Of a stretch of DNA of 64,000 nucleotides, positions 1 to 9,623 are shown piece by piece. This DNA comes from Bacteroidota bacterium. GTDB lineage: Bacteria; Bacteroidota; Bacteroidia; Bacteroidales; JAAAOM01. How positions within the stretch are numbered: position 1 is the first letter of the stretch; every line of letters begins with the position of its first letter. The stretch is taken from the NCBI GenBank assembly GCA_009908855.1, contig JAAAOM010000011.1:52974-116973 (forward strand), read 5' to 3'. The notes under the pieces are model-generated. The model saw only the letters and a list, made by a program, of their open reading frames with translations, was not told where the DNA came from and searched no databases. The position numbers were made by a program, and so were the translations under genes.

Positions 1-849
1 CACAAAAAAACTACCTGAGAACTGTAGCAGGTAAAAAACAGATGAAACATAGTCAAGCAATATCCTTTGCAGGATCGTTCTTCTAAATTTTTTATCAGGA
101 AGATTCTTATAGAGCATGTAAAGACTGTTACGGTAGTTATAGTATAGTTTGCGCGGATTGTTATTAGGCAATGTTCCCCCGCCGACATGGAATACTTCCA
201 CCGATGGTATAACAACAATATGGTAACCTTTATTCTGAAGTCGCCAGCAAACGTCTATTTCCTCCATGTGTACGAAAAAATCTTCATCCAGTCCGCCAAT
301 TTCAAAATAGGCACTACTTCGCACAAACATACAGGCACCTGAAGCCCAGAAAATATAACTTTTATTGTTGTATTGGCCCTGGTCTGTTTCAATGGTTTTT
401 AAAATCCGACCCCGGCAGAACGGATATCCGTATTTATCAATATAACCACCGGCGGCACCGGCATATTCAAAGCTGTTTTTTTGATTGTATGCTTTGATTT
501 TTGGCATGCATGCAGCTACTTTCGGATGGCCATCCATAAATTTAACAATCGGCTTGAGCCAACCATCAGTTACTTCAATGTCTGAATTGAGCAAGACAAA
601 ATATTCGGCCTCAATTTGTTTTAGTGAGCGGGCATATCCTCCGGCATATCCATAATTATTGTCTAATTCAATAATTCTGACTGTGGGAAAATTGGATTGT
701 AAAAACCGAACCGAATCATCGGTAGAGGCATTATCTGCTACAATAACGGAGACGCCCGGCATATCAGAATTTGAGATAACCGATGGGAGGAATTTTTCGA
801 GATAGGATTTCCCGTTCCAATTGAGGATAACGATGGCAATTTTTATCAT
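1..849 (-). CDS. Glycosyltransferase family 2 protein (C-terminal end lies beyond the window edge)
   Basis: Absent from the ORF track because there is no stop in the window. Manual translation from ATG at 849 gives MIKIAIVILNWNGKSYLEKFLPSVISNSDMPGVSVIVADNASTDDSVRFLQS...LDNNYGYAGGYA, a classic GT2 N-terminus. The frame stays open to base 1. ATGA start/stop overlap with the upstream acyltransferase gene. Confidence 0.8.
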   Translation of the reverse strand, partial: MIKIAIVILNWNGKSYLEKFLPSVISNSDMPGVSVIVADNASTDDSVRFLQSNFPTVRIIELDNNYGYAGGYARSLKQIEAEYFVLLNSDIEVTDGWLKPIVKFMDGHPKVAACMPKIKAYNQKNSFEYAGAAGGYIDKYGYPFCRGRILKTIETDQGQYNNKSYIFWASGACMFVRSSAYFEIGGLDEDFFVHMEEIDVCWRLQNKGYHIVVIPSVEVFHVGGGTLPNNNPRKLYYNYRNSLYMLYKNLPDKKFRRTILQRILLDYVSSVFYLLQFSGSFFV

Positions 850-1727
850 GATTGGGATTGTGGCTTTTTAAATTTCCAACGTTTATGCGACCACAGCCAA
901 TATTCCGGTTTTTCAAGAATAATTTTTTCGAGTTTACGGATGTAGGTATTCGTTACTTCAAATTTCTCCATGCCTGAGGTGTTATCTAACAGCTTATCGA
1001 GGTAAATCTCGTAATGGCCACGTTTAACCTTTCTTATATCCAAAAAAACAACGGCTGCATTCAGTTTATTGGCTATTTTTTCGCCACCCAGGAAAAATGA
1101 GGTGTCCTGATTGAGAAACGTGGTCCAGAATGGGTTTGACCTGGGGGGTCTTTGGTCAGCCAGAAACCAGGTGGTGGTTAAAATACCCTGGCTGTTGTAT
1201 TCAATTATTTTTCTAAAAATATCATTTTGCGGGATCAGTATCGCTCCCCCCTTGCTGCGCATATTTTTCATAAAACGGTCTGCCACTTTGCTTTTTAATG
1301 GCCTGTAAATGACAATGAATGCGTGTTTAATATATCTTCCGAAATAAATCATCCATTCCCAATTGGCATAATGACCGCTTACCAGCACTACATGCTTACC
1401 CTGATTGTATATATCTTCAAATACTTCGGGATTAATAAATTTGTAGCGCTTATCCATTTTCTTTTGAGAGAGGTGCATGGTTTTGATGGATTCAACCACA
1501 AAATCTCCCAGATGGCGATAAAACCTTTTCGCTATGTTGTGTATTTCTTGTTCTGATTTTTCAGGAAAGGCATTTTTCAGGTTCCTGTATATCGTTTTCC
1601 AACGGTATTTAATAATGTATAAGTTGATCACATACAGCAGGTCTGAAATCCGATACAGCACCCAAAACGGGGGGGCTGTTAATATCCATAGCAAAGCGTA
1701 ATATAAGGCGTAACTAATTTTAAACAT
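846..1727 (-). CDS. Lysophospholipid / lipid A acyltransferase family protein (LpxL/HtrB-like)
   Basis: 293-aa ORF with an N-terminal TM helix and SGHYANWEW (HX4E acyltransferase motif). Translationally coupled to the GT2 gene. Confidence 0.8.
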   Translation of the reverse strand: MFKISYALYYALLWILTAPPFWVLYRISDLLYVINLYIIKYRWKTIYRNLKNAFPEKSEQEIHNIAKRFYRHLGDFVVESIKTMHLSQKKMDKRYKFINPEVFEDIYNQGKHVVLVSGHYANWEWMIYFGRYIKHAFIVIYRPLKSKVADRFMKNMRSKGGAILIPQNDIFRKIIEYNSQGILTTTWFLADQRPPRSNPFWTTFLNQDTSFFLGGEKIANKLNAAVVFLDIRKVKRGHYEIYLDKLLDNTSGMEKFEVTNTYIRKLEKIILEKPEYWLWSHKRWKFKKPQSQS

Positions 1728-1861
1728 AATATCTGGTCAACGCGGGCATAAAAGTAATAATTTATATTTCCATGTTTTGGCAAATGAAAAAAATATTATA
1801 ACGATAGCAATAAAATTGGTAATGGCATACATTATTTCCTTGAATAGTTATATACGGTATT

Positions 1862-2680
1862 TTATGGCTTTTCTTCCTTCAGGAAATTTGCAATTTTCAG
1901 ACATTCCACATGTTTTAGAAATTCCTTGTGGAGTATTTTATTGGTGGAAACCAGTTCTTTACCGAACAGGTAATCGTCGGTATTGCTGAAGGTAGAGTTA
2001 TGTCCGCCGGCCTGCTGAATAATAAATACCCCTGCAGCGGCATCCCAGGGCTTAAGGTTGTATTCGTAAAAAGCATCGTAGCGTCCGCAGGCCACGTAGG
2101 CAAGGTCGGTTGCTGCAGAACCCAGTCGGCGCACACCATGCGAGTTTTTAAACAGGTCTTTCAATGTTTCCATGAATGTTTCCATACGGTGAAAATCGGT
2201 GTACGGAAAACCAGTAGCAATCAAAGAATGCGCTACTTTACTTGTTTGAGATACTGTTATTTCTTTGCCGTTTAAATAGGCCGGATGACCCATTGCGGCA
2301 TAAAAACATTCATCCAGCGTGATTTCATATACAACCCCCACAACCATACGGTCATTTTCCATCAGTCCTATGCTTACCGCATACGGCGGTGCTCCGTGAA
2401 TAAAATTGGTGGTGCCGTCCAGCGGATCGATGATCCAGTTGTACACTTCGCCTTTTTTGTTTGAGGTACCTTCTTCAGCAATAAAACCTGATTCGGGAAG
2501 TATCCGGCTGAGTTTTTCAATAATTTTTTTCTCGGCAGCCTGATCAACATACGTTACAAAATCGTTGGTGCCTTTGGCTTCAATTACATCCGATGAAATC
2601 TTATCTCGTTCGTTTTTAATAAAATGACCTACTTCACGTGCCAGTTCAACGGTTTGATTACAAATATCAAGATAATTCAT
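1862..2680 (-). CDS. Inositol monophosphatase family protein
   Basis: Motifs WIIDPLDGTTNFIHG and GSAATDLAYVACGRYDAFYE. Start moved to ATG 2680 (MNYLDICNQ) because the longer ORF-track start runs into mtaB. Confidence 0.9.
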   Translation of the reverse strand: MNYLDICNQTVELAREVGHFIKNERDKISSDVIEAKGTNDFVTYVDQAAEKKIIEKLSRILPESGFIAEEGTSNKKGEVYNWIIDPLDGTTNFIHGAPPYAVSIGLMENDRMVVGVVYEITLDECFYAAMGHPAYLNGKEITVSQTSKVAHSLIATGFPYTDFHRMETFMETLKDLFKNSHGVRRLGSAATDLAYVACGRYDAFYEYNLKPWDAAAGVFIIQQAGGHNSTFSNTDDYLFGKELVSTNKILHKEFLKHVECLKIANFLKEEKP

Positions 2681-3995
2681 ATACATTATTGTTAATAAGT
2701 GATACACCAACATTTCCTGAGTCGGATAGTTGATCGAGGTTTACATGTCTGATTTGTCCAACGAGGTCTTTATCATACGGATGTTCGACCTTTATGTAAT
2801 TTTTGGTAAATCCGGACATATTATCTGCTGCTTGTTGTTTTTCAAAAAGCACATCAGCCCGATGGCCGATAAATTCAGAATAAAAAGCTCTTTTTTTAAG
2901 ATTGGACAATTCCTGTAAGGCTTCGCTTCGTCTTGCTTTTTCTTTGGGATTTACTTTTTGTTTGATTTTGTAAGATAATGCGTCTTTGCGATCGGAATAG
3001 GTGAAAACATGAAGTGCCGATACATCCATATCCTCAATGAACCGGTAGGTTGTTAAGAAATCTTCCTGGCTTTCTCCGGGATGGCCAACAATAACATCGC
3101 ATCCGATAAATGCATCGGGCATGATGTTTTTGATGTATTCAACGCGCTCCTGGTATAGCTCACGTTGATATTTTCTTTTCATGAGTGACAACATTTTGTT
3201 ATTGCCCGACTGTAAGGGAATATGAAAGTGTGGCATGAATTTATCCGATGCGGCCACAAACTGTATAATCTCGTTGGTTAATAAATTGGGTTCAATGGAG
3301 GAAATACGATAACGTTTAATGCCTTCAATATCGTTTAATGCTTTGATGAGAGACAGAAAGTCTTCGCCTGTAGAGCGACCAAAATCACCAATATTTACAC
3401 CGGTCAACACAATTTCTTTTACCCCCGAATCGGCAATTTTTTGGGCGTTTTGTACTACATCAGCAATTGAGCTGTTACGGCTCATGCCACGTGCATAAGG
3501 AATGGTACAGAAGCTACAAAAGTAATCGCATCCATCCTGTACTTTTAAAAAGGAGCGGGTTCGGTCGCCCACCGAGAACGAGGAATTATACCCTTTTACT
3601 TCGTTTATGGCGCAGGCATGGATTTGTGCCAGGCCTATCGATTGGTATTTGTTTACCAGATCGGCTACTTTGAATTTATCCTGTGTACCCACTACCAGGT
3701 CAACACCGTTTATCTGACTTATTTTGGATGGTTGCAGCTGGGCATAACACCCCACCACTGCTATGTAGGCATCAGGATTCAGTTTTCGGGCTTTTTTTAT
3801 GACCTGGCGGCATTTTTTATCGGCATGATCGGTTACCGAACAGGTATTGATAACCACCACATCGGCACTTTCGCTGAAATCAACTTTTTGGTAGCCTTTC
3901 GTCTCGAATTGTCGGCCAATGGTCGATGTCTCTGCAAAATTCAGCTTGCAACCCAGGGTGTATAATGAAACTTTTTTATCAGTATGCTCCGCCAT
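2667..3995 (-). CDS. mtaB: tRNA methylthiotransferase, MtaB-like (radical SAM MTTase)
   Basis: 442 aa. N-terminal MTTase domain (LYTLGCKLNFAETS), radical-SAM CDYFCSFC cluster motif and a C-terminal TRAM-like region. MtaB rather than MiaB/RimO was judged from the GCK.N..E N-terminus. Confidence 0.75.
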   Translation of the reverse strand: MAEHTDKKVSLYTLGCKLNFAETSTIGRQFETKGYQKVDFSESADVVVINTCSVTDHADKKCRQVIKKARKLNPDAYIAVVGCYAQLQPSKISQINGVDLVVGTQDKFKVADLVNKYQSIGLAQIHACAINEVKGYNSSFSVGDRTRSFLKVQDGCDYFCSFCTIPYARGMSRNSSIADVVQNAQKIADSGVKEIVLTGVNIGDFGRSTGEDFLSLIKALNDIEGIKRYRISSIEPNLLTNEIIQFVAASDKFMPHFHIPLQSGNNKMLSLMKRKYQRELYQERVEYIKNIMPDAFIGCDVIVGHPGESQEDFLTTYRFIEDMDVSALHVFTYSDRKDALSYKIKQKVNPKEKARRSEALQELSNLKKRAFYSEFIGHRADVLFEKQQAADNMSGFTKNYIKVEHPYDKDLVGQIRHVNLDQLSDSGNVGVSLINNNVYELS

Positions 3996-4112
3996 TTCTC
4001 TTTTCTTTTTCGAGGTGCAAAGGTAGCAAAATAGGATGGTTTAAGCACGGGTGAAATGATTTATTACGACCGGAATTTGTTCGCACGCTTTACAAATACG
4101 TGAGCGATTAAG

Positions 4113-5330
4113 TTAACTTCTTCGATTAGCCAGGATTATCGGAGGTTCCCCGTTAAACGGATTGAATCGTTCGATTGATCGTGCGCCCATGCCGGCAGCC
4201 CGTATCACAGCCCGGTCGCCATAGCGGTTGCGCATGCGGTCTAAAGCCTGGTAAAGCTGTATGAGCTCGGCCGTATCCTCAAACAGGTTAATTTGGTAGC
4301 TTCCACTTACCAGGTGGCTAAAGCGCACGCCTATAAGCCTGACCAGCAGTCGTCTTTTATACAATTTTTCAAACAAATCCATTACCACGGGTATAAGCAC
4401 ATGATCGGCTGAGGTGTAGGGAATACGGCGCTGTTGTGAGTAGGTGTTAAAGTCGGAATACCTGATTTTAACGGCAACACAAGCTGTTACTTTTTCGGCA
4501 CGACGCAGTTGAAAGGCCAGGTTTTCAGCCATGGCCAGCAGAATGCTTTTAAGTTTTACCACATCAATGGTATCTTTGTCGAAAGTACGTTCGGTAGAGA
4601 TGGATTTACGTTCGGAATAGGGATGTACGGGCGATGGATCAATGCCATTGGCTTTTTTCCAGATGGCTAACCCGTTTTTCCCCAGTGTGCTTTCCATCAG
4701 TTCGGGCGGCATTTCCTGAATGGTTTTTATTTTTTTGATACCCAGGTTACGTAAGGTTTGGTAGGTTTTTTCGCCAACCATAGGTATTTTTCGGATTGAC
4801 AGCGGGGACAAAAAGTCTTTTTCACGGCCATAAGCCACTTCTTTCTGGTTATTGGGTTTTGCTTCGCCGGTGGCTACTTTGGATACGGTTTTGTTAACGG
4901 ACATCCCGAATGATATGGGCAGGCCCGTGTTTTTAATGATTTGTTTCCGTAAGTCAATGGCGTATTTGAAACATCCGAAAAACTTATCCATGCCGGTGAG
5001 GTCGATATAAAATTCATCGACTGAGGTTTTTTCGAATAGGGGGGCGTTTTCGCGAATAATATCGGTTACCAGGTGTGAGTATTTGCTATAAACACCTGAG
5101 TTTCCTTTTATAACAATGGCTTCGGGGCAAAGCTGGCGTGCCATTTTCATGGGCATGGCTGAGTGAATACCGAAGGCACGGGCTTCGTAGCTGCAGGATG
5201 CCACCACGCCTCTGTCGCTTGTACCGCCAATCAGCACCGGCTTACCAATGAGATGGCTGTCTTGCAAGCGCTCGCAGGAGACAAAAAAGGTATCCAGGTC
5301 CATGTGTACAATAGCGCGATGTATGTCCAT
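4113..5330 (-). CDS. dinB: DNA polymerase IV (Y-family)
   Basis: 405 aa. IVHMDLDTFFVSCE catalytic N-terminus, SVDEFYIDLTG, and a little-finger region. Confidence 0.9.
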   Translation of the reverse strand: MDIHRAIVHMDLDTFFVSCERLQDSHLIGKPVLIGGTSDRGVVASCSYEARAFGIHSAMPMKMARQLCPEAIVIKGNSGVYSKYSHLVTDIIRENAPLFEKTSVDEFYIDLTGMDKFFGCFKYAIDLRKQIIKNTGLPISFGMSVNKTVSKVATGEAKPNNQKEVAYGREKDFLSPLSIRKIPMVGEKTYQTLRNLGIKKIKTIQEMPPELMESTLGKNGLAIWKKANGIDPSPVHPYSERKSISTERTFDKDTIDVVKLKSILLAMAENLAFQLRRAEKVTACVAVKIRYSDFNTYSQQRRIPYTSADHVLIPVVMDLFEKLYKRRLLVRLIGVRFSHLVSGSYQINLFEDTAELIQLYQALDRMRNRYGDRAVIRAAGMGARSIERFNPFNGEPPIILANRRS

Positions 5331-5544
5331 TTATCCGGGTTTTGCGTTGTTGTAAAAAAGTGTTTATGAGTCTATTGGCGCTAAATGCTCAGGCAAATAA
5401 TACTATTTCGTGTGTTCTAAAATTTTACCAGTTCTACTGCTCTGACGGGCTTACACCCAAAATTCGCAAGGATTAATTTAAATTCGTTGCATGAATTAGG
5501 TTACAAATGTGTTTTGATGGGTTGAATGAAAGCGATGCCTGTTT

Positions 5545-6345
5545 TTACTTTTCCATCATTTTCTTTTTTAGTTGTTTCACATCGTTTTTTAATTCGGCAA
5601 TGGTTTCAATAAGGGTTGACACATCAAAGGTCTTCGGAATATCATCGTGGAGGTCAAAACAGGTATATCCCCGGGCTTTCCATACTTCAATAACCTGGTC
5701 GGCCTGAATGGTGCAGGGTTTGTATTCAGGGTTGTCGGATTTCAGTACCAGCTCGCCATCCTGCAGGTTATTGATCAGGCGTTTGTACACAATGCCTTCG
5801 TCTTTGGTAACCAAAACATAGCACATTTCATTTTTAATGTTGTGCCAGTCCTGCTCATATTCACAAATAATATAAGCCCTGGGAGGCACCGGTAGCATAC
5901 TTTCGCCGGCAATCTGAAACAACCGGTATGTACGGTTATGAGCAAGCTCAGGGTAGGGCAGGTTGAATTTGGGCAGGCTTTCGATAAAATCAACATCGCC
6001 ATACCCTTTTGTGTACCCGGCGCTGGCTTTTACCGGCACCAGGGTGCTAAGTTCTTCTTCCGTGGTGCGGTCGGTTACAACGGGCAGTATCCGTAATTGC
6101 CGGCCTTTTATATCGGGTGGCCGGGTTTGTTGAGGGTGTTGCTGCAAATCGGTACGGATCAGATCATCCACGGAGATTGAGAAATAATGCCCGATGGCCA
6201 GTAGTGTGCGCAATTTCGGCTCCACCCTTCCTTCTTCATAAGCTCCTACCAGTGTGCGTTTAACACCAATTTTATTGGCTAACTCTTCCTGGGTTAACTT
6301 TTTGTTTTTTCGCAACCATCTGATATTTGATCCTAAAAAATGCAT
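5545..6345 (-). CDS. XRE-family HTH repressor fused to an S24 (LexA/CI-like) autopeptidase domain
   Basis: N-terminal HTH (LTQEELANKIGVKRTLVGAYEEG), a possible Ala-Gly cleavage site (KASAGY), catalytic Ser in GESMLP and Lys in VYKRL. Confidence 0.85.
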   Translation of the reverse strand: MHFLGSNIRWLRKNKKLTQEELANKIGVKRTLVGAYEEGRVEPKLRTLLAIGHYFSISVDDLIRTDLQQHPQQTRPPDIKGRQLRILPVVTDRTTEEELSTLVPVKASAGYTKGYGDVDFIESLPKFNLPYPELAHNRTYRLFQIAGESMLPVPPRAYIICEYEQDWHNIKNEMCYVLVTKDEGIVYKRLINNLQDGELVLKSDNPEYKPCTIQADQVIEVWKARGYTCFDLHDDIPKTFDVSTLIETIAELKNDVKQLKKKMMEK

Positions 6346-6397
6346 AATAAAATTTTAATGCTAATATAATAAGAATTCTAATAAAAATAGATAATTT

Positions 6398-6411
6398 AAC
6401 ATAATTATGTT
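6398..6411. promoter_or_regulatory. Perfect 14-bp palindrome AACATAATTATGTT, candidate operator in the divergent S24-repressor / SRAP promoter region
   Basis: Self-complementary by inspection. It lies 53-66 nt upstream of the repressor ATG (6345, minus) and about 130 nt upstream of the SRAP ATG (6542). Confidence 0.3.
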
Positions 6412-6541
6412 TCTTTTGTATTTTTAACCTAATTTCAGTAATGGTTTTAAATAAATTAGCAAATATCATTGCGAGATTTAGCTGTTACCAAACTTGAAAC
6501 TGTTAAAGCAGAATTATAATTTATGTAATAAATATATAGTT

Positions 6542-7348
6542 ATGTGTTACTATTCCTCTATGGATTACAATGCCCGGGTACTCGAACAGGAGCTTAGAAA
6601 GCCCTGGAAAATTAAACAGGATACGATGTATCAACAAAGTTTTTTAGCGGCGGCAAACGGGTATAATTACGGTGTAAAACTACCGGCAGTTACCATACAG
6701 GATCAGGCGATTGAGTTGATGGAATGGTCGTTGTATCCGGGTATGCCACCGGATATTGCTAAAAAAGTAAGGAATGGCACCTACAATTGCAGGAGTGAGG
6801 AGGCAACACAGAAGAAATCTTTTAAAGGCCCGATTAATAAAGGGCAATTCTGCCTGATCCCTTCATCGTGGATTTTGGAATTTCATACAATACCTAAAAA
6901 GATAACCGGCGATAAAAAGGATTTAAAAATTCCCTTCAGGATCACTAATAAGGAAGGCTTTTTTGCCATTCCGGGATTATGGAATCCTTATAAAAATGAG
7001 CAGGGTGAAATTGTAAGATCATTCACCATGCTTACCAAACATGGGGGAGAGGTATTCTCAAAAATTCACAATGCACCCCGATTTAGCAGGGACTGTCGCC
7101 AGGTTGTAATGTTTGGTCGCGAATATTGGGATGCCTGGCTGGATGACAAATTTTTGTGGGACGATCGGTTGGAATTAATTGAGGAAGGGGTGATAAAAGA
7201 TGAAGAACTGGTGTTTCATCCTGTGCGACACCCGAATAAAATAAGAAACATCAATATTCCGGAAATGAAAGAGGATTATCGGGAATATGAAGGAATTGAC
7301 AAAATCCAGTATCCTGAATTGTTGGATTCGTTCCCAAATACATTATAA
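6542..7348 (+). CDS. SOS response-associated peptidase (SRAP / YedK-HMCES family)
   Basis: Start placed at ATG 6542 so that the protein begins MC (the catalytic Cys2 typical of SRAP). Also YNCRSEEA (N.R.E motif), a FTMLT core and a C-terminal WLD segment. The ORF-track start at 6494 would bury the Cys. Confidence 0.7.
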   Translation: MCYYSSMDYNARVLEQELRKPWKIKQDTMYQQSFLAAANGYNYGVKLPAVTIQDQAIELMEWSLYPGMPPDIAKKVRNGTYNCRSEEATQKKSFKGPINKGQFCLIPSSWILEFHTIPKKITGDKKDLKIPFRITNKEGFFAIPGLWNPYKNEQGEIVRSFTMLTKHGGEVFSKIHNAPRFSRDCRQVVMFGREYWDAWLDDKFLWDDRLELIEEGVIKDEELVFHPVRHPNKIRNINIPEMKEDYREYEGIDKIQYPELLDSFPNTL

Positions 7349-7381
7349 ATAAACCGGAATTATGCTGTATGTCTCACTTAA

Positions 7382-9544
7382 TTATTTGTTTGTATAATCG
7401 AATTCCGATTGCAGCCAAATATGCCTGGAAGATGAACCGATTAACACCTGAAATTTACCTGATTCGGCCGTCCATTTCTTTTCGTTGGGATCCCAAAAGG
7501 ACAAGTCTTCTTTATTAATATTTAATGTTATTTTTTTATGTTCTCCGGGTTGTAAATGTATTTTGGCAAAGTTTTTAAGCTCTTTTAGCGGTCGCAATAC
7601 AGTGCTCTCGGGATCGCTGATATATAACTGGGCAATTTCTTTACCCGCGCGGCTGCCGGTATTTTTCACTGTAAAACTTACCATGATTTCCTCATCGCCG
7701 TTCGGTTTGTTGTTTGACAGTGATAAACTATCGTATTCAAAGGAGGTGTATGACAATCCGAAGCCAAACGGATAAAGCGGTTCAATATTTTTGGTGTCGT
7801 ACCAGCGATAACCAATTAGCACACCTTCATCGTAATGAATATCATACACATCTCTTTGGTTTTCATCATCATCATTCCAACCTGTATATAATTCCTCTCC
7901 TTCAGGAATATAACCATAGCCTGGTGAGTCTTTGAATGATTTTTCGATCGAAATGGGCAGTTTTCCTGAAGGATTTACCTGGCCTGCTAATATCTCGGCC
8001 AAGGCCACATTGCCGTTTTGCCCTGTGTACCAGGCATACAGAATGGCTTTGGCTTTATCGTTCCAGGCAGTCATGTCTATACCGCCACCTGAATTTACTA
8101 TAACAACAGTGTTTTCGTTGTTGTTAAGTACTTTTTGAATAAATACAGAATCTTCGCGTGGCAGTTCGAAAGGACGATCCCGGGCTTCACTATCTTCGGT
8201 ACCAACACTTAACAATACCAGGTCGGCATTGGCTATTGTCCATCTCCCCGGATTTCTGCGAATTTTGAGTTTTGTGCCAAATGCATCGGCACATGCTTTG
8301 GATAAGGAAATATTATCGTAGCCTTCCACATGAGCTGCTCCACCGCCTTTGTGAATTTTATCCGTGAATTTACCGGTTAGCAATATGGTTTTAACGGTAT
8401 CTGACCGGATGGGCAATAGGTTATTTTTATTTTTTAGCAATACAATGCCTTCTCTGGCTGTTTGCAACGCGTGGTTTTCATGATTGGCAAAACGGGGGAC
8501 ATACTTCTCCGGTTCGGCTTTTTTATTATATAATTCCATGGCCACGCAGGTTGCAATGATATTTTTTACCATACGGTCGATATCAGACTCCTGAACCTTG
8601 CCGGATGCTAACAGCTCTTGGGCATTGGTAGCCGCAATGGTATAGGGCATTTCTATATCCTGGCCTGATTCTATGACTTTTTGGCCATCATATACACTCC
8701 ACCAGTCAGTCATTACCAGCCATTTGAACCCCAATTCTTTTCGTAACAGGGAATCAATTACATATTTACTTTGTCCGGCCCACTCACCATTTACCAGGTT
8801 ATAGGCTGTCATAACGGCCATTGCACCGGCCTCAATACCTGCTTTGAAGGCTGGCATGTAAATTTCATGCAACGTACGCTCGTCGACAACCGAATTGCTT
8901 TTACGTCTGAAATAATCGGTATTATTGGCCACAAAGTGTTTCAGGGTAGCGATCACTCCTGTTTCCTGAACACCCAGTACGTATTGCTCAATCATTTTTC
9001 CGGCCAAAAAAGGGTCTTCACCAAAATATTCAAAGTTTCGACCACATTGTGCATGTCGATACATATTCATACCAGGGCCCAGCAATATACCAATTCCGGC
9101 TGCGCGGCATTGTTCGCCAATGCTATGCGCATAATGACGGGCCAGGTCGGGATTCCAGGTGGAGGCCAATGAAATGGCTGCGGGAAAAGAGGTGGTACTG
9201 TCAATGGCTTGATTGTATTCAATGGTTGTATCCCTGGATTTATCGTAGAATTTATCACGTAAGTTTACACCCATCGTGGCATCCGACATGAAAACCCGCT
9301 TAATGCCCAAACGCTCAATAGCCTGGGTATAAAAGATATCTGCCCCTCCAATAAGCATTATTTTTTCTTCTGTTGTCATGGCTGCTACCAGGCTGTCGGC
9401 CTTATTCATGGCCTCATTGTAGCTCACCGGTGGTTCAAATAATGGTTTCGATTTCATGTCTTTTGTATTAACAATGGTGCATGATTGCAGGATACTAATG
9501 GATGCAAGGAGAATAACGGGTGTGGTAGGAATTATTATTTTCAT
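7382..9544 (-). CDS. Glycoside hydrolase family 3 (beta-glucosidase-like), lipoprotein
   Basis: 720 aa. Signal peptide with SILQSC lipobox, GH3 N-domain with the VMTDWWS nucleophile region, a C-terminal alpha/beta domain and an Fn3-like domain. Confidence 0.9.
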   Translation of the reverse strand: MKIIIPTTPVILLASISILQSCTIVNTKDMKSKPLFEPPVSYNEAMNKADSLVAAMTTEEKIMLIGGADIFYTQAIERLGIKRVFMSDATMGVNLRDKFYDKSRDTTIEYNQAIDSTTSFPAAISLASTWNPDLARHYAHSIGEQCRAAGIGILLGPGMNMYRHAQCGRNFEYFGEDPFLAGKMIEQYVLGVQETGVIATLKHFVANNTDYFRRKSNSVVDERTLHEIYMPAFKAGIEAGAMAVMTAYNLVNGEWAGQSKYVIDSLLRKELGFKWLVMTDWWSVYDGQKVIESGQDIEMPYTIAATNAQELLASGKVQESDIDRMVKNIIATCVAMELYNKKAEPEKYVPRFANHENHALQTAREGIVLLKNKNNLLPIRSDTVKTILLTGKFTDKIHKGGGAAHVEGYDNISLSKACADAFGTKLKIRRNPGRWTIANADLVLLSVGTEDSEARDRPFELPREDSVFIQKVLNNNENTVVIVNSGGGIDMTAWNDKAKAILYAWYTGQNGNVALAEILAGQVNPSGKLPISIEKSFKDSPGYGYIPEGEELYTGWNDDDENQRDVYDIHYDEGVLIGYRWYDTKNIEPLYPFGFGLSYTSFEYDSLSLSNNKPNGDEEIMVSFTVKNTGSRAGKEIAQLYISDPESTVLRPLKELKNFAKIHLQPGEHKKITLNINKEDLSFWDPNEKKWTAESGKFQVLIGSSSRHIWLQSEFDYTNK

Positions 9545-9623
9545 GGTGATTTATAACGGATGTTTTTGGTAAAATATCAAAAGTATAAAGGAAATAAAAA
9601 TAACAATACCCAAAAATGGCAGA

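Noticed and set aside
5414-5436. Direct repeat GTTCTA-N11-GTTCTA upstream of dinB, and CTGTTA-N12-CTGTTA at 6482-6505, as LexA-like boxes
   Set aside because: The two repeats have different sequences and spacings, are short and AT-rich, and are direct rather than inverted. They are indistinguishable from chance.
6494-6541. Longer ORF-track start for the SRAP gene. Similar upstream extensions: 13249, 19651, 21410, 27099, 36943, 54888
   Set aside because: The extensions use non-ATG or poorly placed starts. They overlap upstream genes or bury the signal peptide or catalytic Cys2. Internal ATGs give canonical N-termini.
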